A program made the translations under genes and the position numbers. Shown piece by piece: positions 57,042-64,000 of a stretch of DNA of 64,000 nt (positions are counted from its first letter, which is position 1; the number at the start of each line of letters is the position of its first letter). Below the pieces are notes generated by a model, which was not told the origin of the DNA, did no database searches, and saw only the letters and a program-made list of their open reading frames with translations. The DNA lies in the NCBI GenBank assembly GCA_963698595.1, contig CAVORL010000001.1, positions 49,466 to 113,465 of the forward strand. The letters run 5' to 3'. Source of the stretch: an uncultured Chloroflexia bacterium (lineage in GTDB: Bacteria; Chloroflexota; Limnocylindria; Limnocylindrales; CSP1-4).

Positions 57042-57066
57042 GGCATCGCCATGCCGCCGCCGCCCC

Positions 57067-58347
57067 TCACGCCTCGGGAAGCCCGGGGACCGGGAAGCGG
57101 CCGCAGATGTCGCGCACCTCCGCGCGGATGCGGGAGTGCTCGGCCGGCTGATCGCGGTTGGCGATGGCGTCGACGAGGAGTCGGCCGATCAGGCGCATCT
57201 CGTCGGGCCCGAAGCCGCGGGTCGTGGTGGCCGGAGTACCGACGCGGATCCCGGACGTGACGTTGGGCGGGGCCGGGTCGCCGGGGATCGTGTTCTTGTT
57301 CACGGTGATCCCGACGTCGTCAAGGAGGCGCTCCGCCTCCAGGCCCGTGGTCCCGAAGCCCCGCACATCGACGGAGAAGACGTGATTGTCGGTGCCGCCG
57401 GAGACGATCCGGCCGCCGCGGCTGGAGATCTCGCCGGCGAGCACCTGTGCGTTCTCCACCGTGCGACGCTGATCGTCCCGGAACTCCTCGGTCGCCGCGA
57501 GGCGGAGCGCCACGCCCTTGGCCGCGATGACGTGCATCAGCGGACCGCCCTGGATGCCGGGGAAGACGGCCCGATCGGTCGCCGTGGCCAGCTCGGGCGT
57601 CGCGAAGATGAGCCCACCGCGCGGGCCGCGGAGCGTCTTGTGGGTCGTGGTGGTCACGAGGTCCGCGTGCGGGAAGGGCGAGGGGTGGACCCCCGCCGCC
57701 ACCAGCCCGGCGATGTGGGCCATGTCGACGAGGAGGTGGGCACCGACGTCGTGGGCGATGGCAGCAAGGCGCTCGAAGTCCAGGATCCGCGAGTACATGC
57801 TGGCGCCGGCGATGACCAGCTTCGGCCGAACCACGGCCGCCTGGCGCTCCAGTGCGTCGTAGTCGATCCGCTCGGTGGCGGGATCCAGGCCGTAGTGGTG
57901 GGCCTCGAACCACTTCCCGCTCAGGTTCACCTTGAGCCCGTGCGTGAGGTGGCCGCCATGGTCCAGGCGGAGACCGAGGATCCGGTCGCCGGGCGCGAGG
58001 ACGGCGAAGAAGGCCGCCTGGTTGGCCTGCGCGCCGGAATGCGGCTGCACGTTCACGTGGGCGGCACCCGGGAAGAGCGCCAGAGCCCGCTCCCGGGTGA
58101 GCCGCTCGGCCACATCCACCCATTCGCAGCCGCCGTAGTAGCGTCGGCCCGGGAGGCCCTCCGCGTACTTGTTCGTCAGCCAGGAGCCCTGGGCCTCCAT
58201 CACCGCCGCGAACGTGTAGTTCTCGCTCGCGATCAGCTCGATCTTCCAGCGCTGGCGGTCGGCCTCGCCGCGCATCGCGGCCCAGATCTCGGGGTCGACC
58301 TCGGCGACCGACGCCCAGGCGGAGCGCAGCGCGTCCGTCATGCCCAC
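57067..58347 (-). CDS. glyA: Serine hydroxymethyltransferase
   Basis: [28 protein letters not shown] and [14 protein letters not shown] (PLP lysine). Confidence 0.97.
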   Translation of the reverse strand: MGMTDALRSAWASVAEVDPEIWAAMRGEADRQRWKIELIASENYTFAAVMEAQGSWLTNKYAEGLPGRRYYGGCEWVDVAERLTRERALALFPGAAHVNVQPHSGAQANQAAFFAVLAPGDRILGLRLDHGGHLTHGLKVNLSGKWFEAHHYGLDPATERIDYDALERQAAVVRPKLVIAGASMYSRILDFERLAAIAHDVGAHLLVDMAHIAGLVAAGVHPSPFPHADLVTTTTHKTLRGPRGGLIFATPELATATDRAVFPGIQGGPLMHVIAAKGVALRLAATEEFRDDQRRTVENAQVLAGEISSRGGRIVSGGTDNHVFSVDVRGFGTTGLEAERLLDDVGITVNKNTIPGDPAPPNVTSGIRVGTPATTTRGFGPDEMRLIGRLLVDAIANRDQPAEHSRIRAEVRDICGRFPVPGLPEA

Positions 58348-58477
58348 TCGTTGCTCCTTCCCGCCGTCGACGGCCCGCTCCGACCGGCTCCATTCTGGCC
58401 CATGCAGCGACGGGGTGTCCGGCGGCGCCAGGCTTCCCTCCGGCCCATTCCCGGCCGGGCGACGTGTCGGGCGGCGG

Positions 58478-59317
58478 TCATCCCGCCCGCCGGCCTCCGA
58501 GGATCAGCTCCTCGAGGATCACGGCAGCCCCCTCCTCGGCGATCGGCGGCGCCACGAGCCGGGCGACCGAGCGGAGCGCCTCGGGGGCGCCTGCCATCGC
58601 GACCCCGATGCCCGCCTCGCCGACCATCTCCAGATCGTTGATCTGGTCGCCGATGGCCATGACATCGCGCAGGTCGACGCCGAGCCGGCGGGCGAGGAAG
58701 CGCACGGCGCGGCCCTTGTTGACACCGGGCGCCATGAACTCGAGGAACAGCGGGTGGCTCACGGTCGGGTCGGCCCGCCCGGCGAACGCGGCGCGGGCCT
58801 CGTCGAACACGCTCTCGGCGAGGGGTGGCGGGCCCACGGAGATCACCTTCGTGACAGGCCGGCGGACCCACGCCTGGAGGTCCGCCACGAGCTGCACCCG
58901 CCCGAACGCCCAGCGCGAGTAGTCGTCCGCCCGCTGGTCGTCGGCCGCGATGACCATCCGCTCAAGGTGATTGACATGGGCTGCAAGGCCCGCGTGCTCG
59001 CACCAGGTCATCGCATCCCGGGCAACGTCGGCCGCGAGCGGGCGGTGGCGGAGGAGACGGCCGAGCCGCGAGCTCCCGGGCGCCGGCATCTCCCGCACGA
59101 GCGCCCCCTGCAGGCCGACGAGCGGCGCCCGCAACCCCATCTCGCGGGCATACGGCAGCGCCGAGGTGGTCATCCGGCCGGTCGCGAGGGCGACGTGAAC
59201 GCCCCGGGCAACGACGGCGCGAACGGTGGCCGCCGTACGTGGCGGCAGGCGGAGGTCGTCGCCGACGAGCGTGCCGTCGAGATCGAGCACGACCAGGCGG
59301 ATGCGCCGCGGGCTCAC
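58478..59317 (-). CDS. Cof-type HAD-IIB family hydrolase
   Basis: [16 protein letters not shown] and [24 protein letters not shown]. Confidence 0.85.
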   Translation of the reverse strand: MSPRRIRLVVLDLDGTLVGDDLRLPPRTAATVRAVVARGVHVALATGRMTTSALPYAREMGLRAPLVGLQGALVREMPAPGSSRLGRLLRHRPLAADVARDAMTWCEHAGLAAHVNHLERMVIAADDQRADDYSRWAFGRVQLVADLQAWVRRPVTKVISVGPPPLAESVFDEARAAFAGRADPTVSHPLFLEFMAPGVNKGRAVRFLARRLGVDLRDVMAIGDQINDLEMVGEAGIGVAMAGAPEALRSVARLVAPPIAEEGAAVILEELILGGRRAG

Positions 59318-60237
59318 GCCGGCGCGTCCAGCACGGCCACGCGCGGCCTGCCGGCGAGGTCGGGCTCCACGCGCACCTCCCAGGCCGGAAGCCGCTCGCT
59401 CGCCGCGGCGTGGAGAGCGCCTCCCTGGCTCGAGCCGATCTCCAGGAGCGCGACGCCGCCGGGGACCACCCGCTCCGGGAGCGCTTCGAGGAGCGCACGC
59501 ACGGCGTCGAGCCCGTCCAGGCCACCGTCGAGCGCCTCGCGAGGCTCGAAGGAGGCCGCGACGGGGAGGCCCGGGAGGTCGGCGCCCGGGATGTAGGGCA
59601 GGTTCGCGCAGACCATGTCGAAACGCTCCGGGACCTCCAGCAGGCCGGCGCGCCTGCCCGCGGGAGGCAGCAGCTCCGCGAACGCGACGCCGACCCGGTC
59701 CCCCACCCCGTGGGCCACGGCGTTCTCGCGGGCGAGGTCCGCTGCTCCTTCGGACGTGTCCGAGGCGACGATCTCGACCTCGCCAAGCATCCCGCGACGG
59801 CGCAGCCCGACGGCCAGCGCGATGGCGATCGCGCCGCTGCCGGTGCCGACATCGGCGATGGTGAGGGGTGGCGTGCCCGCCGGGCGCGGGGAGCGAGCCA
59901 GGCGTCCGGCGATCTCGCCGAGGGCGAGGTCGACGAGGAGCTCCGTCTCCGGCCGCGGGATGAGCGCGCGGGCGTCGACGGCCAGGGCGATCCCGTGGAA
60001 TTCCTTGATCCCGCGGATGTAGGCGACCGGCTCCCCGGCTTCCCGCCGTCGAACCGCGTCCGCGAACCGCGCCGCGGGCTCCGGGCCCACGGGGGCCTCG
60101 GGATGGGCCACGAGCGTCGTCCTGTCGACCTCGAGCACGTAAGCCAGGAGCAGCTCGGCGTCGAGACGAGGGCTCTCCGAGCCGCTCGCCCGCAGGCGCT
60201 GGACTCCGGTGCCGAGGAGCTCACCGATCGTTGCCAT
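59314..60237 (-). CDS. prmC: Release factor glutamine N5-methyltransferase
   Basis: IADVGTGSGAIAIALA and CANLPYIP (an NPPY-type motif). It is adjacent to prfA, and its stop overlaps the HAD gene start. Confidence 0.9.
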   Translation of the reverse strand: MATIGELLGTGVQRLRASGSESPRLDAELLLAYVLEVDRTTLVAHPEAPVGPEPAARFADAVRRREAGEPVAYIRGIKEFHGIALAVDARALIPRPETELLVDLALGEIAGRLARSPRPAGTPPLTIADVGTGSGAIAIALAVGLRRRGMLGEVEIVASDTSEGAADLARENAVAHGVGDRVGVAFAELLPPAGRRAGLLEVPERFDMVCANLPYIPGADLPGLPVAASFEPREALDGGLDGLDAVRALLEALPERVVPGGVALLEIGSSQGGALHAAASERLPAWEVRVEPDLAGRPRVAVLDAPA

Positions 60238-60275
60238 CAGGGATGCCCCGCGGGCTCGGGCGCCGGCCCGCCGCC

Positions 60276-61373
60276 CTAGGCGGAGCCGGCCTCCTCGGTC
60301 ACGCGCTGGAGCTTCTCTGCCTGGTCCGTCTCGGCCAGGGCATCGATGAGCCGGTCGAAGTTCCCGTCGAGGACGCCCGGCAGGTTGGAGAGGTCCACTC
60401 CGATCCGGTGGTCGGTCACCCGGTCCTGCGCGAAGTTGTAGGTGCGGATCTTGTCGGCCCGGTCGCCGGACCCGATCATGGAGCGCCGGGCCACCGAATC
60501 CGCCTCGCGCTGCTTGCGCATCTCGATGTCCTGGAGGCGTGCGCGCAGGACTGCCAGCGCCTTTGCCTTGTTCTTGTGCTGGCTCTTCTCGTCCTGGATC
60601 TCGACGACGAGGCCGCTCGGGAGATGCGTGATGCGCACGGCCGAGTCGGTCGTGTTCACGGACTGGCCGCCCGGACCGGAGGCCCGCTTGACCTCGATGC
60701 GGAGGTCGCGCTCCTCGTCGATCGCCACCTCGGTCTCCTCGACCTCGGGGAGGACGACGACCGTGGCCGTTGAAGTGTGGATCCGGCCCGACGATTCGGT
60801 GGCCGGGATGCGCTGGACGCGATGCGTCCCGCCCTCGTACTTGAGGCGGCTGTAGGCGCCGTCGCCGTGGATCTCCACGAGCGCCTCCTTGACTCCGCCG
60901 ATGCCGGTCTCGTTGAGGCTCATGACCTCGGCCCGGAAGCGGTGGCGCTCCGCCCAGCGGAGGTACATCCGGAGCAGGTCGCCGGCGAAGAGCGCCGCCT
61001 CCTCGCCTCCGGCGCCGGCCCGGACCTCGAGGATCACGTTCTTGTCGTCGGCCGGGTCGCGCGGGACGAGAAGCGCCTTGAGCTGCTCCAGTGACGCGGC
61101 CTCGGCCGTCTCCAGCCGCTCGACCTCATCGCGAGCCATCGCCCGGAGCTCCTCGTCGGCATCCGTGTCGCGCAGCTCGCGGGCACCGGCCAGCTCGGCG
61201 CGGATCTCTTCCAGGGCCTGGAAGGCCGCCGTCACCGGCTCGAGGCGCGCCAGCTCGCGGCCGAGGCGACGCAGCGCGTCAGGATCGGCGGACGTCTCCG
61301 GGCGGACGAGCTCCTCCTGGAGCGCCTCGTGCTGGGCGACGACCGCGCGCAGCTTCTCGTCGAGGGAATCCAC
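60276..61373 (-). CDS. prfA: Peptide chain release factor 1
   Basis: [25 protein letters not shown] (GGQ) and [17 protein letters not shown] (PxT-type). Confidence 0.97.
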   Translation of the reverse strand: MDSLDEKLRAVVAQHEALQEELVRPETSADPDALRRLGRELARLEPVTAAFQALEEIRAELAGARELRDTDADEELRAMARDEVERLETAEAASLEQLKALLVPRDPADDKNVILEVRAGAGGEEAALFAGDLLRMYLRWAERHRFRAEVMSLNETGIGGVKEALVEIHGDGAYSRLKYEGGTHRVQRIPATESSGRIHTSTATVVVLPEVEETEVAIDEERDLRIEVKRASGPGGQSVNTTDSAVRITHLPSGLVVEIQDEKSQHKNKAKALAVLRARLQDIEMRKQREADSVARRSMIGSGDRADKIRTYNFAQDRVTDHRIGVDLSNLPGVLDGNFDRLIDALAETDQAEKLQRVTEEAGSA

Positions 61374-61375
61374 TC

Positions 61376-62362
61376 TCAGGGCCCGGGTGCGGGGGCGGGC
61401 GGAGCGCCGGAAAGGACGAGCGGCGTCCGCTCGATGGTGCCGCCGCCCGCGGGCAGCGCCTCGCCGTCGGCGGCCAGGGCCTGCTCCATGCTGACGATCG
61501 CGACCTCGATCATGTCGTCGGTGGGCTGCTTCGTCGTGATCCTCTGGACCCAGATCCCCGGCTCGAAGAAGACGCGCACGAGCGGGTTGCCGCGGTGGCG
61601 CGCCCCGAAACGGAGCAGCTCGTAGCTGATCGCGGCGATGACGGGGATGAGGATGATGCGGCTCAGGATCATCGCCGGCAGCTCCAGCCGGCCGACGATC
61701 GAGAAGGTCACGATCGAGACGAGGATCACGACAACGAGGAACTCCGTGCCGCAGCGCGGGTGGGCCGTCGGGTACTTGCGGATCGCGTCGACGGTGAGGG
61801 GATCGCCGGCTTCGAGGGCGTGGATGGTCATGTGCTCGGCGCCGTGGTACTGGAAGGTTCGGCGGACGTCGGAGGTGCGGCCGATGAGGATGAGGTAGCC
61901 GAGGAAGATCGTCACCTGCACCAGGCCCTCGACGGCCCGCTCGACGATCCCGGGCTGCCCTCCGGCGACGAACCGGGCGATGAGAAGCGGGGCGAAGAAG
62001 AACAGGCCCAGGCCGATGACGAGCGTCAGGCCCAGCATCAGGGCGATCGAGCCCTTCCCGAGGTCCGCGCTGTCGGCGGCGCGCCCGTCGGCAGTCGTCG
62101 CTGCAGGGAGGTCCTCGGCGGCCGCGACGCCCGCCGAGCGGACGAGCCAGCGCGTCCCGATGACGAGCGTCTCGTACAGGACCACGAGCCCGCGCACGAG
62201 CGGCATCCGGGCCCAGGGCGTGCCGCGGAAGCCCTGGCTGAGCTGCTCGTCGGACCAGACGATCCGGCCGTCTGGATGGCGGAGCGCGACCGCGATCGCG
62301 TCGCGCCCGCGCATGAGGACGCCCTCGATGAGGGCCTGGCCGCCGTAGGAGAAGCGAGCCAC
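61376..62362 (-). CDS. DUF1385 (YqhQ-like) membrane protein
   Basis: [31 protein letters not shown] and [12 protein letters not shown]. Confidence 0.85.
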   Translation of the reverse strand: MARFSYGGQALIEGVLMRGRDAIAVALRHPDGRIVWSDEQLSQGFRGTPWARMPLVRGLVVLYETLVIGTRWLVRSAGVAAAEDLPAATTADGRAADSADLGKGSIALMLGLTLVIGLGLFFFAPLLIARFVAGGQPGIVERAVEGLVQVTIFLGYLILIGRTSDVRRTFQYHGAEHMTIHALEAGDPLTVDAIRKYPTAHPRCGTEFLVVVILVSIVTFSIVGRLELPAMILSRIILIPVIAAISYELLRFGARHRGNPLVRVFFEPGIWVQRITTKQPTDDMIEVAIVSMEQALAADGEALPAGGGTIERTPLVLSGAPPAPAPGP

Positions 62363-62390
62363 GGGGAGTACCCTACCGGCCGGAAATCAT

Positions 62391-62414
62391 GACGGCGGGC
62401 CGAGCGGCCCGCCG
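62391..62414 (-). terminator. Hairpin after rpmE
   Basis: cggcgggcc-gagc-ggcccgccg, a 9-10 bp GC stem followed on the minus strand by tcatgattt. Confidence 0.5.
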
Positions 62415-62452
62415 TACGAGGACATGGGTGCCGGCCGTCGGTCGATCCGTGG

Positions 62453-62668
62453 TCAGCGGCCGGTCTGCGCGCGGTCGAAGCGGCGCTGGAAGCGCTCCAC
62501 CTGGCCGGCGGTGTCCACGATCATCTGTTTCCCGGTGAAGAACGGGTGGCAGTTGCTGCAGACGTCGACGCGCAGCGACTCGCGGGTGGAGCCCACCTCG
62601 AACTCCGTCCCGCATGTGCCGCAGTGGACCTTGGCGTTGTGGTACTTGGGGTGAATGCCCTGCTTCAT
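62453..62668 (-). CDS. rpmE: 50S ribosomal protein L31
   Basis: [48 protein letters not shown] is the Zn-binding CxxC form. It starts at the internal ATG of the track ORF. Confidence 0.95.
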   Translation of the reverse strand: MKQGIHPKYHNAKVHCGTCGTEFEVGSTRESLRVDVCSNCHPFFTGKQMIVDTAGQVERFQRRFDRAQTGR

Positions 62669-62688
62669 CGGAACCTCGGGTCGGACGC

Positions 62689-63006
62689 TCAGGCGCCGGC
62701 GGGGGTGGCTGCCGCTGCCGCGGGAGCCTCGGTGGTCAGCACGGCCTCTGTCGTGACTGGCTCGACGCGGACGCGCTTCTTGCTGCGGGTCTGGTGCTCG
62801 AAGCGGACCCGGCCGGTGACGGTCGCGAACACGGTGTAGTCGCGCCCGAGCCCGGTGCCGGTCCCTGCGATGAACGTCATGCCCCGCTGGCGGACGAGGA
62901 TCGAGCCGGCGGGCACGAGCTGGCCGTCGCCGACCTTCACGCCCAGGCGCTGGCCGACCGAGTCGCGGCCGTTCCTCGAGCTGGAGCCTGCCTTCTTGTG
63001 GGCCAT
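62689..63006 (-). CDS. rpmA: 50S ribosomal protein L27 (with a short C-terminal extension)
   Basis: [42 protein letters not shown]. Confidence 0.95.
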   Translation of the reverse strand: MAHKKAGSSSRNGRDSVGQRLGVKVGDGQLVPAGSILVRQRGMTFIAGTGTGLGRDYTVFATVTGRVRFEHQTRSKKRVRVEPVTTEAVLTTEAPAAAAATPAGA

Positions 63007-63008
63007 CG

Positions 63009-63692
63009 TCAGTCGTCCTTCTTGGGCGCGCGGGTGCGCTTCGGCTTCGCGGCGGCTTCCGGCGCGGCGGCGTCGACGGGCGCGTCGGCGGCGTCCGGCG
63101 CCGGGGCGTCGCCGGACGCGTCAGCCGTCTCGGTCGCCGCGCCCGCGGTCTTCTTCGCGGCACGTGGCGCGGCCTTCGCCGAGCGCGTGCGGGACTTCTT
63201 CGGGGCCTCGCCCTCCGCGGCCTCGCCCTCCGCGGCGGCGGCCTGGGCGGCCTTCTCCGCGAGCGTCGCGGCGAGGGCGGCATCGGCGGCAGCCTGCTTC
63301 GCCGCGGCCTCCTCCAGGCGCTGGCGTTCGCTCTTCTTCGCCTCGGCGGCTGCCCGGGCTGCGGCGGCGGCGCTCTTGCCGTTAAGAACGACGTCGGTGA
63401 TCCGGAGGACCGTCTGCTCCTGGCGGTGGCCCTTCTTCACCCGGCTGCGCGCCTTTGGGCGGTACTTGAACGAGATGACCTTGTCGGCTCGGTCGTTGCG
63501 CAGGACGGTGGCGCTGACGGTCGCCCCGTCGACGATCGGCCGGCCGATCGCCGCCTCGTCGCCGTCCGCCACGAGGAGGACACGCTCGAGCGTGATCTCC
63601 TGGCCCGGCTCGACCTCGAGGAGCTCGACGGCAAGCTCGGTGCCGACCTCGACGCGGTACTGCTTCCCGCCGGTCTCGATGACTGCGTACAT
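63009..63692 (-). CDS. rplU: 50S ribosomal protein L21 with a ~125-aa Ala/Lys/Glu-rich C-terminal extension
   Basis: [27 protein letters not shown]...[23 protein letters not shown], then [25 protein letters not shown]...[12 protein letters not shown]. The start is from the track frame (internal ATG, GGAG upstream). Confidence 0.9.
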   Translation of the reverse strand: MYAVIETGGKQYRVEVGTELAVELLEVEPGQEITLERVLLVADGDEAAIGRPIVDGATVSATVLRNDRADKVISFKYRPKARSRVKKGHRQEQTVLRITDVVLNGKSAAAAARAAAEAKKSERQRLEEAAAKQAAADAALAATLAEKAAQAAAAEGEAAEGEAPKKSRTRSAKAAPRAAKKTAGAATETADASGDAPAPDAADAPVDAAAPEAAAKPKRTRAPKKDD

Positions 63693-63798
63693 GGGTCTCC
63701 GGTTGGGCCGGCGCGCGGGCGCGTGGCCGCAGGTGAGGGCGGCCGACGGGCCGCAGGTGGCACGGTGAATTGTCCGGCCTTGCCGGGCGCGAATGAGG

Positions 63799-63827
63799 AG
63801 TGTACGGCGAGCCAGGCGATCCCGCAA
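63799..63827 (-). promoter_or_regulatory. Sigma-70-type promoter candidate for rplU-rpmA
   Basis: The minus strand reads TTGCGG-17 nt-TACACT, ~100 nt upstream of the rplU ATG. The leader contains a direct repeat of cacctgcggcc. Confidence 0.4.
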
Positions 63828-63896
63828 GCGCTGCGGTTGACGGGGCGCGCGTCTCTTCGCGTGGGAACGTTGGCTCGAGCCGGCTCGATCGGCCCT

Positions 63897-64000
63897 TCAG
63901 GCGCGGGCCACAAGATCGCGGCCCACGGCGAGCACCTCGTCGACGAGCGCATCCGCGTCGACGAGCGATGTGCGCGGATTGATGAAGCAGGGCCGGATCG
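63897..64000 (-). CDS. 3' end of an unidentified gene running out of the window
   Basis: The frame is open to the window edge: ...IRPCFINPRTSLVDADALVDEVLAVGRDLVARA*, with third positions mostly G/C. It is too short to identify. Confidence 0.3.
   Translation of the reverse strand, partial: IRPCFINPRTSLVDADALVDEVLAVGRDLVARA

Noticed and set aside
58348-58477. A 130-nt leader upstream of glyA as a possible ZTP (pfl) or THF riboswitch.
   Set aside because: I could not find the conserved pfl elements (a GACUGGCG-type 5' core and the CCGCCUGGGC 3' pseudoknot strand), only loosely similar GC-rich strings. A covariance-model scan (Rfam RF01750/RF01831) would settle it.

Overview
Very GC-rich bacterial chromosomal window with tightly packed genes. 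Gene order looks Terrabacteria-like (Actinomycetota or Chloroflexota type), and I saw no rRNA, tRNA, CRISPR array, transposase or integrase. There are four blocks. (1) 1-5.8 kb holds an HD-GYP protein, a DUF5317-like/MFS fusion, pcm and a PIG-L deacetylase. (2) 5.8-27.2 kb is a large envelope-glycan island. It has at least seven polytopic GT-C-type glycosyltransferases (GT39/PMT_2-like, GT87/DUF2029-like and unassigned), three or four GT2 polyprenyl-phosphate-sugar-synthase-like enzymes, a GT4, nucleotide-sugar dehydrogenase and SDR genes, a FemAB/CelD-like acyltransferase, a membrane spermidine-synthase-like protein and a secreted His/Cys protein. (3) 27.3-38.3 kb is a compact Tad/Flp pilus locus with no secretin. 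It is headed by a soluble DegS/DegU-like two-component pair plus a paralogue with a degenerate kinase domain. It contains five flp pilin genes, three of them inside a perfect 424-bp tandem duplication, followed by cpaB, REC-tadZ, tadA, tadB, tadC and a DUF192 gene. (4) 38.3-64 kb is housekeeping: comF, hpf, nfo, another GT-C gene, an XRE regulator, a UPF0104-PHP-mreB-murA operon, the complete atp operon, wecA, glyA, a HAD hydrolase, prmC, prfA, a DUF1385 gene and rpmE/rpmA/rplU. The most interesting candidates are the Tad locus coupled to its own two-component genes and the GT-C island. Many operon heads have a TANNNT box 6-11 nt before the start codon, which suggests leaderless mRNAs. Several single-nucleotide frame disruptions, including one in atpA at a homopolymer, suggest consensus errors, so the pseudogene calls are tentative. 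All coordinates were derived by hand from the ORF track and the sequence.
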